A stretch of 64,000 bases of DNA from Octopus vulgaris. Its lineage: Eukaryota. The stretch spans positions 25,420,001-25,484,000 of the forward strand of contig OX597817.1 of assembly GCA_951406725.2 (NCBI GenBank), written 5' to 3'. Under the pieces are notes generated by a model. The model was given only the letters and a program-made list of their open reading frames with translations. It did not search any database and was not told the DNA's origin. The position numbers and the translations under genes were made by a program. Shown one piece after another: positions 1-14,869 of this stretch; position 1 is the first letter of the stretch; every line of letters starts with the position of its first letter.

Positions 1-452
1 ACAGCAAATATTCTGCTCAATACCACAGATTTGCTTGTCAGTTGTTTGACCTTAACCAGTTGAGCATGTCCCTTAGTGACTGACGATATGTGCATCTCTG
101 ATCACGAGCAGAAGTAGTGGGGGAGCATCATAGCCATGTGTTGAGAGGGATTCTTTGTGGTTTGAATAATTCACCTTTGGAAACATGGGTGTTTCGTTCA
201 ACATTCTTAAACAACACTTATTCAGGGACCGTTTGAGCGGGATGGGTTACTCAACCTGAAGAAAATTCTAACTGGGCCGCACCTGCAAGGTCATGTGCTA
301 TTTATCTTGATATGTGATCACCATGTCGCGCACATATAGTTGTGATGCATGTGCCTAGTGTACCCTTATCAGACAGGTAGTCATGATGGGTATACTAGGC
401 TTCGTATATTTTACCCCAGTGTCACTTTGATGGCATGCACTGCTCTCTTACT
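1..452 (+). mobile_element. Non-coding TAA-tailed retroposon (family E), cut by window edge
   Basis: Reverse complement of copies at 36507-37068 and 37169-37778; ends gcatgcactgctctct followed by (TAA)n. Confidence 0.85.
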
Positions 453-454
453 TG

Positions 455-545
<91 letters not shown>

Positions 546-579
546 TAATAATAATCATACCATTACCACTAACACTGAT

Positions 580-1680
580 TCTGAGGAAAGCAAAGGCTGG
601 GTATGTATTCAAGAGCCACCAACAAAAAGTTAACCACTTGTTATTTATGGATGACCTCAAACTTTATGGTGAAGATGAAGCCCAAGTCAGTTCCCTCGTT
701 GATATGATGTATACCTTCAGTGCTGATATCAGAATGGAGTAAGGACTGAAAAAGTGTGATGTATTATTCTTGAAGAGAGGCAAAATTAAACGTATGGACA
801 TGCTAGTGATACCATCGGGGGGTGGGGGTTATGAAGCAAATAGAAGAGATGGGCTATAAGTACTTGAGGAGATTGGAAATAGATAAATTGATGGAGAAAC
901 AAACGGCAAAAAAATATGGTGGAGTACTTGCACAGGCTAAGACTGATTTGGGCGGTTTCACTCCTGAGATATGGAGCAGGGGTAATCGCATGGATAGTAG
1001 ACAAACTAAACAGCTTAGAGAGAAAGACAAGGAAGTTGCTGACTAGACATAGCATACTCCACCCAATATGTGACATAGACAGACTGTATGTACCAAGTAA
1101 AAGAGGGGGAAGAGGACTGATTGGATGTGAACACAGCATTAGAGCAGAAGAAAACAACATAGCATGGTAAGTAAAAAATGCCACAAATCCACTATTATTA
1201 GAAGTGAAGAGGTCAGACTTGTGTAGGATGGAAGATTGCAAAGATAAAGCACTGTACAAGCACTTAAGAATGAATGAAATTGAAACTAGGTGGATAAAGA
1301 AAAGAATGCATGGACAATTTCATTAAGATGTTGAAAATAAAACAGACAGAGAACAAAAGATGGCTATGGATGATTAAAAGTAATCTAAAACCGGAAACAT
1401 AAGCTCCAATTTGTGCTGCCCAAGAGCATGCATTAAGAACCAATTACATCAAATACTAGACATCACATCAGAAAGTGATAAGTGCAGAATTTGCCGGCAA
1501 ATAATGAAACCGTATGGCATATTACCAGTCAATGTACACCACTAGCACAGAAAGAACATAAGAGACATCATAACAACATAGCAAATATTGTTCATTGGAC
1601 AGTTTGCAACAAGTATGGACTTAACAGCAAAAACAGTGGTACAAACATAAATCCAAAGCATTATGTGAGAGTTTTGAAGG
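580..1680 (+). pseudogene. Decayed RLE-clade (R4/Dong-like) LINE: RT C-terminus and zinc knuckle
   Basis: VNHLLFMDDLKLYG RT motif, YKYL, DIDRLYVPSKRGGRGL, CRIC..ETVWHITSQC knuckle; multiple stops and frameshifts. Confidence 0.85.
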
Positions 1681-1939
1681 GATCGTAGGAGGAAGAGACG
1701 CAGCTTGGTGAATTGAGCATATTCCCCAGGTCTGTAAATAGGTTCAGCAGATGGTGAGAAGGAGATCAAACAATGGGGCTTCGCATCCAATCAGGGAACA
1801 AACAAAGCAAGCATCAAACCCTTGCAGTCAGCAGAGATCAAATATGTTTACTAGTACTAATGATCAGTGAGAGCACTGATTTTGGCCTTGGAAACAACCA
1901 ATTCATCTTGATCTGTTTTGATTACTTATAGAAAAATTA

Positions 1940-1998
<59 letters not shown>

Positions 1999-2099
1999 GG
2001 AGTAAACACATAAATGTGAAACAAGGGGGAAAAAGAGTACTCAAATACCAGGGGTAGAGTAATATGCTTTATTTCAAAGCAGCAGAAATTCAACAAAAC

Positions 2100-2137
2100 C
2101 TGTTACTCTGAGTATCACGTTCCCGTTCGTCGGACAG
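2100..2137 (-). ncRNA. Degenerate hammerhead ribozyme motif
   Basis: Minus strand ctgt-CCGACGA-acg ggaa cgt-GATA-ctc a gag-TA-acag; all three stems pair, two core substitutions. Confidence 0.5.
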
Positions 2138-2712
2138 TTTTTGTTAAAATAGAACCGATATGCCGATTCTATCAAGACTAGTATAAACGCTACGCCTTTA
2201 AAAATGGACTTGTTTGATTGTATATATATACATTGATATTTACATTGTTGAATTTTTGAATTTTTTGAATTTGAAAATTTTTTCTTTTCCTTTTATAGGT
2301 TTTGCTGTGGTTTACAGTTTTTGTAATTGTTTGTCTATTTTGGCTGGTGCTTATCTCTTTAATTTTTATCATGCGTTGTAATAAAAGTTATGTTTACATA
2401 TTCGAGTAGTCAGAGAGGTAAAATTTCAAAGAAAAATGTAGATATTAAAATTTTGATATTTTCTAAAGATGATCACTTGTATGTCAGACTGTTCTCAAAA
2501 ATTAAGTAAAAAAAAAAACCGGTAATATAATCCAGAATCTTTGTCTAGTACCCGATTGATCCTGAAATCTAATCAATTCATACCAGTCACGAAGCCAAAC
2601 ATCTCTGAAAGTTTCATTTGAATCTGTCCAGCAGTTCTTGAGATATCTTTCCATGGACAAACTAAGGAACAAACGTGACTGTAAGCAATACCTTTACCTT
2701 CGCTAAGACACA

Positions 2713-2715
<3 letters not shown>

Positions 2716-2764
<49 letters not shown>

Positions 2765-2770
2765 GTAATA

Positions 2771-2833
<63 letters not shown>

Positions 2834-2910
2834 GTAATAATAATAATAATAATAATAATATTAATAATAATAATAACAGTAATAATAATAATAATAATAA
2901 CAATAATAAC

Positions 2911-2959
<49 letters not shown>

Positions 2960-2970
2960 GTAATAGTAAT
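2716..2970. repeat. Imperfect (TAA)n microsatellite
   Basis: Directly visible. Confidence 0.95.
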
Positions 2971-3589
2971 GATGACGATGACGCAGATTTCCATCAATAG
3001 ATGCATTGTCATCCTCGACTCCATGAACAGCATAATGATCATTCTTGTAGTCAGTTGTGTGTCTATTCTTGTTATGTTCTACTGTCTTAGAAGCAAGTCT
3101 GTACTACAGAATCTATCCATAAGTCTGGATTATGTAATCTCTGAGGTCCAACATCACAGTCACAAATTGAACTTGATCTGTTCTGAAATATTCTTCAACT
3201 AAATTTTCCTCGTGCCATATTATGAACATCACATCTGTTTTATGGACATCATTCGAAGCAACCATTTCTACTCACTTTCTCCAAAGACTAGAGCTGCAAC
3301 TCAATGCTTTTAATTTTCTTTTTAACGGTATTGTCAGTTTCTATGTTCTTTGCAGTCTTGCTGAAACAAGTATGCTTCAATCATTTTTTTGTGTAGCTTC
3401 AGGAAAACATATGTTGAGATGGATGGTGGTATACCTGGTTGAGTTAAAAGTTTTATCGAATTTTAAGCTTTAAATGATAGTTCAAACAAACTACATTTGA
3501 AAAGCGCTTATTCATTAAAATATATCTTATATTCTATTGATTGGCTCTTGACATCGTTGTGCCAGAAGCTTAATTCCGTGCTTATAACA

Positions 3590-4380
3590 TTTGGTTGGTT
3601 AGAAATCTCCTTGCACTTGTTTTCAACCTCATCCACATTGTTGAATTTCCATACATGAACTGGGCCATGGCTTGGAAAAAGTAATAGTCTGATCTGATGA
3701 TGTAAGGTCTGGACTGTAGGTAGGGTGAAGTAGCACTTTCAGCCCATCAAGTTCCTCAGTATGCACTTGGTTACATCGGCACTGTGTTCACATGTTCGAT
3801 TGACCAATGCTAAGTAGCAGGCTGTAGCTATTGAGTATAAAGTTTAGCATTCACAGCATATCTGGGACAAAATCACAACGTAAATTTCTGTTCAAACTGC
3901 CCTTCTTTGATAACAGGTTCTCTTATTACGATTGTAAAAATAAATTCCTTTTTCATCCCCAGTTATAATTTAACACCAAAAACGGGCATCGTGAGCTTAT
4001 GTCAGCAGTCTTTTCTTCATGTTCAAACATCGTTGGGCGTGGTCATTGGTCAGTTCAAGAGGAACTGCTTGATGGCGTTTGTTCACAAGGCTAAGTTTAT
4101 GGAGGTGCCAATTGATGGAGCTTTGTGAAGGACCAAGTTCTGCTGATAATGTTGTAATGCTTGTGCTTGGCTGTTCGAACATTTCAAACAAGGCCTCATC
4201 TTCCACAACAGAATATCTCCTTTCTTCTTTTGCTTTGTCATCAAGGCTTATCTCATCTTCCTTCAAACATCTGAATCAGTATTGTGCCACACATTCATTG
4301 ACAGTTCCTGGGCCTTCCAATCACTAATTTCCTTTGATGCGACCCTTGCACTTGGTCCTTTTTTCATCAGGCTGCATAAA
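3590..4380 (-). mobile_element. Decayed mariner transposase relic
   Basis: ORF 3997-4266 resembles mariner HTH and WVP-like linker (INWHLHKL..AVPLELT); PYSPDL-like remnant near 3700-3730. Confidence 0.65.
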
Positions 4381-4600
4381 ATCACACTGGTTGCAATTTT
4401 TTCACCACTCGTCATCAAAGCTCTAAAATAAAGAATGTAAAATTAATGTTTACATGTCATATATAAAAATAAAGGATAAAGAATTCAGCAGCGACTGGAC
4501 AAGTTGTATCAAATTACTGATATAACACATAGATACAAGTTGCCAAAAATCATCAGTAAAAATCTGAAAAATCCTGTAACTCAACTGATATATGTATATA

Positions 4601-4708
<108 letters not shown>

Positions 4709-4732
4709 GTATATGTATATATATATATATAT

Positions 4733-4896
4733 AGGTGCAGGAGTGACTGTGGTAAGTAGCTTGCTTACCAACCACATGGTTCCGGGTTCAGTCCCACTGC
4801 GTGGCATCTTGGGCAAGTGTCTTCTACTATAGCCTCGGGCCGACCAAAGCCTTGTGAGTGGATTTGGTAGACGGAAACTGAAAGAAGCCCGTCGTA

Positions 4897-4945
<49 letters not shown>

Positions 4946-5165
4946 ATGTTTATGTAACTGTGTTTCCCCCCCACCCAACATCGCTTGACAACCGATGCTT
5001 ATGTTCCCGTAACTTAGCGGTTCGGCATAAGAGACCGATAGAATAAGTACTAGGCTTACAAAGAATAAGTCCTGGGGTTGATTTGCTCAACTATAAAGGC
5101 GGTGCTCCAGCACGGCCGCAGTCAAATGACTGAAACAAGTAAAAGAGTACAGAGTAAAAAGAGTA
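4733..5165 (+). mobile_element. tRNA-derived SINE family A with internal (TA)n(TG)n
   Basis: B-box-like gggttcagtccc head, tail gaaacaagtaaaagagta; several similar copies in window. Confidence 0.85.
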
Positions 5166-5319
5166 TACACACACACACACATATATATGCATATAATATA
5201 GAGATAGATAGATAGATTTTATATATATATATATTACTTAAATTCATATGAGGATATTGTTTATAATAATATCAGTGGTTTAGTATGCATAAAAAAACCC
5301 TAAAACTGTATAAATCATC

Positions 5320-5980
5320 AATTAATAAGGGTACTAACAGGTAGTACCAGCATGCTGACATAGCAGTCAAAATGAACAAATCACAAGTTATCACATAAAC
5401 AGGAAGGTGAAATGGGCAAATGAATGAAATCCCTAAGAGCCCTATACCAATAACGAAAATAATTGAAAATCGAAATGTCAAATATACCCGTATCACTGTG
5501 ATTTCAAATTTTGAGAAATACCCTTAGTTCTCGTCACAGAGTCTTACTGGCACCCAGGGTTGTATGGTTTATTCATCTCAACCAATGTGTGTGTGATGAT
5601 GCATACTAAACCACCGATATTACTATAAACACTAAATTTATTTAAATAATTTTGACTCACTTCGATCACCTTTTAAAATTTGCTGTGGCATTAAAATTGG
5701 ACTTCACACACATTGGTTGAGATGAATAAACTCTACAACCCTGGGTGTCAGTAAGACTCGCTGACAAGAACTAAGGATATTTCTCAAAGTTTGAAATCAT
5801 GGTTATATGGGTATGTCTGACTTTTCAATTTTCAATTACTAATATTTTCGTTATTGGTACGGGGTTCTTAGTGTTTTTATTCATTGGCCCGATTTCACCT
5901 TTGTGTTTAAGTGATAACTTGTGGTTTGGTTATTTTGACAGCATGCAGGTATTGTTAGTAAGTACCCTTAATTATTAATT
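5320..5980. repeat. Imperfect long inverted repeat (arms ~5320-5592 and ~5705-5980)
   Basis: tttattcatctcaaccaatgtgtg vs cacacattggttgagatgaataaa, with similarity continuing along both arms. Confidence 0.85.
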
Positions 5981-6016
5981 GATAATACACACACACACAC
6001 ATATATATATATATAA

Positions 6017-6093
<77 letters not shown>

Positions 6094-7199
6094 TGTATGT
6101 ATGTATGTATGTACATAAGCATAATGCTTTCTGTTGTTATAATTTATTTTGAATGTTTGTATTTCATGATTTTGTATCCTGTAAATGTTTGACTGTTATT
6201 TTGTATGGGATTATTTTTAATTCAGGAGTAATCTGTCTTACTTTAGCAGTATGTAATATGGAATTTGAGAGGGCTCACAGAGTCCTCCTCAAGATATCTC
6301 CACTTCATATTGTATCCCCTTTTCCTCACTAGTATGGGTTGAACAGATTTTCAGAAGCGCAGTGTACTTATTCTACATTCTGGGTACTAACTTTATTTTA
6401 CAATATCCAGTATATTCCTCCAAAGAGGTTTTGCTGTTACTTTTAGCAAGTCAAACAACGTCAAACAATCTCTGTTGTTGTTGAATATGATGGTGACCGT
6501 CATAATTATGATCGTTATTGTAACGTGAATACCATAGACAAAATATACTTTTAAATTTTACTGTCTTTTATATTATGAACATATTTCTTATTTCACGATA
6601 TAACCATTTTCATTTTATTTTCGTTTTTTAATGTTCTGTTAAATTTGCATTTGTTTAACTGCAAACAGTTTTCCTATGCTTTTTCTTGCTAATCAAGTTT
6701 TCTTCAGCTTACATATTATATAATCTAATGGCTTCTTAAAGAATATTTCCTAAGCCAGTTAGTTTTTTGAAGGATCTTAATCTGCTAGTTTACCATTCTG
6801 TCTGCTTCTTTGTATCACTATCAAATGCTTCAAGCGAAAATTAGATTACAAGAATTTATCATCATTTAATACTTTTCTGAAATGTGGAAATTATTTACAT
6901 CCAGATTATTTTATATTCTTCATGCTAACTGCTAGAATAATGACAATTACCATCCAGTTATTTGAGATGGATTTTGTCTCTATGGTTCAAGCTTTATTAT
7001 GTCTTGTCAAAAACAAAAACTGTAACTGGTCATCAGGGACTTATTTTAGCCAGTTCTTTGCAATGTATCTTTGTAGTGAGATTTCCTTAATTCATAGTAA
7101 TCATCCAGGAAGTATGGGAGTCAGCTCTTTGAGCTATATATTGCTGTAATTCAGATTCTCTCCATTAAAGTGAAACGGCTTTCTTGTAGAATTCAAATA

Positions 7200-7602
7200 T
7201 TTACTCTTTTACTTGTTTCGTCATTTGACTGTGGCCATGCTAGAGCATCACCTTTAGTCGAGCAAATCGACCCCAGGACTTATTCTTTGTAAGCCTAGTA
7301 CTTATTCTATCGGTCTCTTTTGTCGAACCGCTAAATTACAGGGACGTAAACACACTACCATCGGTTGTCAAGAGATATTAGGGGGACAAACACAGATGCA
7401 CAAACATATACACACACATACATATATATACATATATACGACGGGCTTCTTTCAGTTTCCATCTACCAAATCCATTTACAAGGCTTTGGTTGGCCTGAGG
7501 CTATAGTAGAAGACACTTGCCCAAGTTAACATGCAGTGGGACTGAACCCAGAACCAAGTGGTTCGTAAGCAAGCTACTTATCACACAGCCACGCCTGTGC
7601 CT
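7200..7602 (-). mobile_element. SINE family A
   Basis: Reverse complement of 4733-5165. Confidence 0.85.
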
Positions 7603-8057
7603 AATTGCTAGTAATGACAAGATATTTTATTTTCAATTTATAATGTCAGTTATATCATGTAATTCATGTCAAGTTAAAAAAGTTACTTCTTAAGAAGAGA
7701 TTAAGAGTTCTAAGACTTGAGTGCCATGTAGAGTGAATAATTTCCCCTTTTAAGCATTTGCCCTTCTTCAGATGGAAGATGGAAGTTGGAAGGGAAGAAG
7801 AGAAAGATATATTTAATTCAATTCAAACATGAATTTGCATTATTTTTATATCACCATACGAAACAATCACCTGCATGAATTAAAATTCTCTTATATATTC
7901 TAACATCTTTTCTTCTCGATTTTTATCAAAATTGTTGAGTTTCATGAGATTTCTTTCCATAAATTCACAAGACACCATATACAAGTGTTATTTTCATATT
8001 CGCAATTTTACACCAGTAAGTTACCAGAAAAATATGAAGAACCAATATTAGAAATAT

Positions 8058-8245
8058 ATCATCATCATCGTCGTCATTTAACGTCTGCTTTACATGCTGG
8101 CATGGGTTGGATGATTCGACTGAGGACTTGCAAGCCAGGAAGCTGCACCGGGCTCCAATCTGATCTGGCAAAGTTTCTATAACTGGATGCCCTTCCTAAT
8201 GCCAACCACTCCAAGAGTGAAGTGGGTGCTTTTTACATGCCACCA
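8058..8245 (-). mobile_element. Probable retroposon 3' end with (ATG)n tail
   Basis: catcatcatcgtcgtcatttaacgtc...ggatgcccttcctaatgccaacc; single copy here, recognised by resemblance only. Confidence 0.45.
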
Positions 8246-10052
8246 TCAGTGAGAAAGAAGTTATAAGCATTAGCAAAACTTTTATCCCAGGTGAGGTAAG
8301 AGACGAAGTTCCTGAAATCTCACTCAAACAAAAATTAGATATGCAAGGGAACTGTGTGAGTCTGATCTGACACAACTCTGGGAAATTTTGTGTGCTGTTA
8401 GACTTAGTCAGCGAACTTATAGACCACTTACAACTGCAAAAACACTGGAATGACTTAAAGATATATTTTCTGTAAACATAATTCGCTGATTAACACTCTT
8501 AAAATGATAACACTGGAAAATCACTTCCACTGCTAGGAGTTTAGTGACTGAAAATAAATTCTAGTTCTATCTTGTTGACCTAAGAGGGATGGCTAAGAGA
8601 TATTAGGCTACTAGAGTGAATAGGTGAAGAGACTACATAGAATCTACCATCATATAAATATATTACACTTTTTCAAAGACATTAATTTCTGAAGAATTTT
8701 CAAAAGGAGGAAGTTTCTTTAGTTGTAGATTATTGTTAATGCAAAAAGGTGCATAAGTTTAAGTCCTGGGTTTAAAGCTAAAATGCATATTTGAGTTACA
8801 TTGTTGGTTTAGCCAAGGGAATATATTTAAAATAGCTGAGAGTAAGATAAAAAGATATGAAATGTGATTATCAGTATCTATTGCAACTTCAATACTTAAA
8901 ACGGTTTCATCTCATTTAGTCTTTTTCAAGAAGAAGAATACTGAATAGGAAATAAATTAAATTGAATTAATATCAATCTAGTATTAAATTTATAACAATT
9001 GTAACAATAATATCAATAGCAACAACGAAAATAGATACCTATCAAACAATGTGTATCAAACTATCAAAAAAGTATAAGTTGCTAAAAGTCTCTTCAAAAA
9101 TTTGCATTTATCCATGTACGTGTCATTAGAATATGGTTAAGACTATTTCAATTATTCCTTTGATAATGAGGAACTTTCTCGGTAATTAAAACTCTATTGT
9201 CTTTTCACCATTACTTGCATATATTAATAGATATGTTCCATTTATCTAACCGTCTTTCTTTTTATATGCTATTTATTTAGTTATTGCTATTTATTTAGTT
9301 ATTTTCTTTTATTATTTCAAGTGTCTAGAGTCATAATGATAGTGGAAGGACAGTTTGATTGAAAATATATTTTCCTGCAATGAAGATTAATAAATCTAGC
9401 CTCTGACATAATAGGGCAGAAAAATAGGTATAATAACTAAAACAATAAATTCCTACTTCAATTCTGTTAAATGAATAATGGTTTAATTCCTCGTTTTTTT
9501 TTTTTTTTAATTGAAATTTTACTACAAAGAATAAGAACGAATCTTACAAAAGACATTTCAAATTTCTTTTCTCATTAAGTATTGATTTCAGATATATCAA
9601 TTAGTGGGATAATAATCTTTTGTAAATCATTTACATGCATATTTATATATACAAAAATACACACACACGCGCACGCACACAGACACATGCATGCACACAC
9701 ACACAAACAAACAATCAAACACACATACACACACAAATGTTGCCTGTAATTAGTCTGAATAATACTAAATTACTGAATAAAAACGCAACAATTTCGCTTA
9801 CAAATATAATTTTAAAAGAAAATAGTTGTTAAAGATCTGGTTGAGTAAAGTTGACTTAAATACCGAGTAAAGTTGACATAAATACTAGGGTAAACATTAA
9901 ATAATAAATCTACTGCCATCAATAAATGAAACGAGGAAAATAAGCAAGGCATCTCAAAATTTCAATGTATTCTTATTAAAATAACAGTGTTTCATACTTA
10001 TTCATATACACACCGTCAATAGGACAGTTACTGCAAAATTTGTCCAGAAATA

Positions 10053-10430
10053 TGGCGGCGAGCTGGCAGAAACGTTAGCACGCCGGGCGAAATGCTTAGC
10101 AGTATTTCGTCTGCCGTTACGTTCTGAGTTCAAATTCCGCCGAGGTCGACTTTCCCTTTCATCCCTTCGGGGTCGATTAAATAAGTACCAGTTATGCACT
10201 GGGGTCGATATAATCGACTTAATCCGTTTGTTTGTCCTCTCTGTGTTTAGCCCCTTGTGGGTAGTAAAGAAATAAGTATTTTATGTTCTGAGTTCAAATT
10301 CCACCGAGGTCGTCTTTGCCTTTCAGTCTTTTTGGGGTCGATAGATTAAGTACCAGTTGGGGTCGATCTGATCGACTGCCGCACCCATCTCAAAAAATTT
10401 CGGGTCGTGTGCCAAGAGTAGAAAAGAATA
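10053..10430 (+). mobile_element. SINE family B (dimeric)
   Basis: ggcggcgagctggcagaaacgttagc head; gagttcaaattcc B-box; cctttcatcc..ggggtcga core present twice. Confidence 0.85.
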
Positions 10431-11442
10431 CTTGTCCAGAAATAACTCATTTTAAGAATTTGCAGTATTAAAAAGTGAAAAATATCATCAAGAACTGAAA
10501 ATCCATCCCTGCAGCAGCCAATGGGAGTATCAAAATCATTTTAGCTTTTTTGGATCTATTCAATAACGTATTTGCAACCAATGACATGTTCATGTGAGAA
10601 TTCACTATATCTAACATTGAAAAAAAGGAATAAAACATTTGCAGATATTTTGAATAGCAGCCCAATACATGCAACTGGGGCAGCTTTAATTGAAACAGAA
10701 ATCTATGTATATGCTTAATGCATACACACCATTGATAGGTCACTTAGTACCGTATTTTCCCGAGATAGCATCTGTTAAGGACTTGCTGTATTAAAAACAA
10801 GGAGCTTTATTTCTTAGTTAAAAGAAAACACTTCCTACAATGCCTTTAAAACAATTAGAATTGAGGGATCAAAACCTGCTCCCATATAATTGTCTATACA
10901 TACATCATACATACATAGGTCAATTGTGAAAAATTACATAGTAACTTTGAGGAGAGAGCGAATGAAAGTAAACTTGATTACAGTAAAGCGAGAACAAAGT
11001 ATTGTTTACTAAAGAAGTGGTGCTGCATTAGTTGCAAAATAATTAAATATTTTTTATAATTCTTAAATGTTTGTTTTTTCCCTATGTTTTACAACATTTG
11101 TCATGTTCCATCTGACATTAACAATATTTCGTTTCCCACTTGTAAACATTAACATATCCTTTTCATTGTTTGTTCGTTTCAGCCATTGGTCTGCGGTCAA
11201 GCTTGCTGCCCCCAAAAATCGATCCCATTAAATATGTTTTTATTTTTAAAGTCATATTGTATCTGTAGTCTTTTGCCGAACTGCTAATTTACAAGACAGT
11301 GAGCAAATCAAGAGATATTGTCAGGCGACTAGGGAGTGACAAACACTAAGACACCAATTAGAAAAATGGAGAAATATAAATCTTATTAATACAATGTTTA
11401 AATTATTTTATCTTTGTCTGTGTTAGTTGCTATATATGTCTG

Positions 11443-11524
<82 letters not shown>

Positions 11525-11539
11525 TAGAGAGATAGATAA

Positions 11540-11605
11540 AACTTACTTGGAAATGGATGCGTGGCGTTCGATCATATAATAACAAAATAATATATAAATA
11601 TATGC

Positions 11606-11680
<75 letters not shown>

Positions 11681-11857
11681 TACCTACATCTATATGTATA
11701 TATACATGCATATATGGGTACAGGACACAAAAAAACGTTTAACACAATGAGAAAAGAAAACATAAAAACAAAAATATGGAAACGGATTTTTTTTTCAAAC
11801 AACGAAAAAACAGAGTACAAGACATACAACACAAGGAATATCCCCCTTCTTCAGGTA
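11540..11857. repeat. Microsatellite-interleaved dispersed repeat (family F)
   Basis: Shares gtacatacctacatct..gtacaggacac..aaaacagagtacaagac with 20330-20712 and 46260-46570. Confidence 0.7.
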
Positions 11858-11924
11858 TATACATATATGTATGTATATATGCATATGTTTATATATTATC
11901 TTGTTATTATATGTGTGTGTGTGT

Positions 11925-12261
11925 GAAGGTGCATTGCTCAGTGATTAGAGCCTCAGGCTTACGATCGTGAGGTTGTGACTTCGAATCCTGGGCCGGGCTC
12001 TGTGTTGTGTTCTTGAGCAAGACACTTTATTTCACGTTGCTCCAGTTCGCTCAGCTGTAGAAATGAGTTGTGATGTCACAGGTGCCAAGTTATATATCGG
12101 CCTTCGCCTTTCCCTTGGATAACACTGGTGGCGTGGAGAAGAGAGGCCAGTATGCATGGGCGACTGCTGGTCTTCCATAAACAACCTTGCCCGGACTTAT
12201 GCCTGGGAGGGTAACTTTCTAGGTGCAATCCCATGGTCAGTCATGACCAAAGGAGGTCTCA

Positions 12262-12262
<1 letters not shown>
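11925..12262 (+). mobile_element. tRNA-derived SINE family D
   Basis: A/B box-like gctcagtgattag..cttcgaatcc followed by tgtgttcttgagcaagacacttt domain; related head at 60870-61115 (-). Confidence 0.7.
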
Positions 12263-12302
<40 letters not shown>

Positions 12303-12936
12303 CAATCAAGTCCAATATTTGCAAAAAATCAAATGATTAATATTAACATCGATAAAGTAATATGCACATACTATTCCACACATATGCAGAAATAAATAGC
12401 TAGATAAAAATAGATTTTAAAATAATTTATCTCTTTCTGCTAATCAGTATTTCTGAAATTCTGATTTACCTGTTAAAATAGTAATTATTAGTGACCTGTA
12501 ATTTTTTTAAGTATATAAAGTATGAAAATGTTATCTTAGGCAACAAATGAAGAAACGCAGGGACTTAGCATATATTTTATAACTAACTTAAAACCAGTGT
12601 ATGTAATCGATAAAATTATACATAAAATTTATATTCAGTACACAGACATTGCAAAAAGGTTTACCTGTAGGTGTGTTCTTAAAAACTGCAAGCAAGATAC
12701 ATGAATTGAATAGAAAGTAACTCAAGGATGACATTCAAATGTGGAGAAATTGCTCTAAATTAAGATATTTTGTAATTTGATTATCATCATTAAAAATACA
12801 TTATATTCCTATTTTCATGAAAACATATAAATATTGGAATGTTTAACATTTTTCTATTTATTTTACAATTTTAAAATATTTTGGTTTATTAAAAGTAACA
12901 TAGGCATATAATTAATATTTCTCAACCACATAGCTC

Positions 12937-12988
<52 letters not shown>

Positions 12989-13034
12989 GTCACCATCATC
13001 ATCATCATCGTAATCATCATCATCACGAAGGAGG

Positions 13035-13240
13035 GGAGCTGGCATAATCATTAGTTTTCTGGGCAAAATGCTTAGTGACACTTTGTCCGTCTTCATATTC
13101 TAAGTTCTAATTTCCCCAAGGTCAACTTTGCCTTTCATCTTTTCGGGGTCAATATGTGTATCAGTTGAACACTGAGGTCGATGTTATCGACTACCCATCT
13201 CCCCTGAAGTTGCTGGCCTTGTGCCAAAATTTGAAACCAT
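13035..13240 (+). mobile_element. Diverged SINE family B
   Basis: gagctggca..ggtcaactttgcctttcatcttttcggggtc. Confidence 0.7.
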
Positions 13241-13259
13241 TTTTGCTGCTGTTGTTATT

Positions 13260-14225
13260 ATTTATTTATTTTTAATCTGCATGTTTGTTACAATCATTCA
13301 CCGAAACATACCCAAAGTCCTAGGGCGATAAGAAATGTTACAGTATAACTGAAAGCTTGGGGGAAGGCAAGTAGCAAGGGCAGTAGGGAAATATTTTCAT
13401 ATAATACAACACAGATATTTAAGTAGATAGGGTTTTTCTAAGGATATCAGCACAATCTTTTGGAGTTCTATGGTTCTCCTGGGATATTATCTAGACGTTT
13501 CTGATATCCCTTTCCTATCATACCAAGGGCATCCACATAAGAGGAACAGCTCTCGCTTTAAAATACCACATCTTTTGTATTTCAATTTCCAGGTCCTTAT
13601 ATTTACTTAATTTGTCAAATTCCTTTACAGATATATTTTTATAAGTGGGAACACTTACATCTATCACTCTATTGTTATTTTCTTCCCTGTCTTTAATGAC
13701 TACGTTTGGTCGATTAGCCTAGATCATTCTGTCGGCGTTGACCGGAAAATCTGAGAGGATAGTGACATATTTACCTTCAACGACTGGCTCAGAATAATGC
13801 CAATTCCAGTAAGCAGAAGTGCTGATTTTGTAGTGTTTTCATATTTTCCAATGAAATATTATCCTACACTATCGGGGCGATTTTTGGATTCTTTTGGTGT
13901 CAGTACAGAACATCCCGAGATGAGATGGTCTATTGCTTCATCAAATGTATCGCAGAATTTATATTCAGGGTCAGAACTCTTTTGAAGATAGTTTTTGGTA
14001 AGCCTGCTTTGATTTTGTGCAACCGACATGAAATCTTCAGTCTCTGCTTTCAGTCCTGAGTTCCTCAGCCACTGATGGGTTGCTGCTTGGTCTAAGTCGG
14101 CATTTCGGCTTTGAGGTATATACTGTCCATGCAGAAGCTTCTGGCTCCCCCGCTCCTCAGTTTGTTTCTGCTCGTTCTTTTTTGCAGTCAGTTTGATCCG
14201 TTTTGCCGTTTTCGTGGCAGTGGTT
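13260..14225 (-). pseudogene. R4/Dong-like LINE 3' region (zinc knuckle and restriction-like endonuclease)
   Basis: Minus-strand KFCDTFDEAIDHLISGCSVL, NRPNVV, LSKYKDLEIEIQKMW. Confidence 0.8.
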
Positions 14226-14238
14226 TCAGGTTGTTGTA

Positions 14239-14271
<33 letters not shown>

Positions 14272-14371
14272 GCTGTTGTTGCTGCTGCTGTTGTTGTTGT
14301 TGTTGTTGTTCTTCTTCTTGTTCTTCTTGTTCTTCTTCTTCTTGTTCTTCTTCTTCTTCTTCTTCTTCTTC

Positions 14372-14430
<59 letters not shown>

Positions 14431-14557
14431 GAGTGAGAGAGCAGTGCATGCCATCAAAGTGACACTGGGGTAAAATATACGAAGCCCAATATACCCATCA
14501 TGACTACCCGTCTGATAAAGGTACACCAGGCACATGCATCACAACCATATGTGCGCG
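14431..14557 (-). mobile_element. 5'-truncated family E copy between TTA arrays
   Basis: Near-identical to 37169-37296. Confidence 0.85.
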
Positions 14558-14559
14558 AC

Positions 14560-14625
<66 letters not shown>

Positions 14626-14632
14626 CAGTATT

Positions 14633-14665
<33 letters not shown>

Positions 14666-14869
14666 GCAACTAAGGTGGTGAGCTGGCAAAATCGTGTTTA
14701 AATTCCGCCGAGGTCGACTTTGGTTTTCGTCCTTCGCGGGTCGATATAATAAATACCAGCTGAGCACTGGTAATCAACTTGCTCCTTTCCCCGAAATTTC
14801 TGGCCTTGTTCCAAAAACTTAAAACTATTATCATTATTATTATAACAATTACATGCTATATTCTAATTA

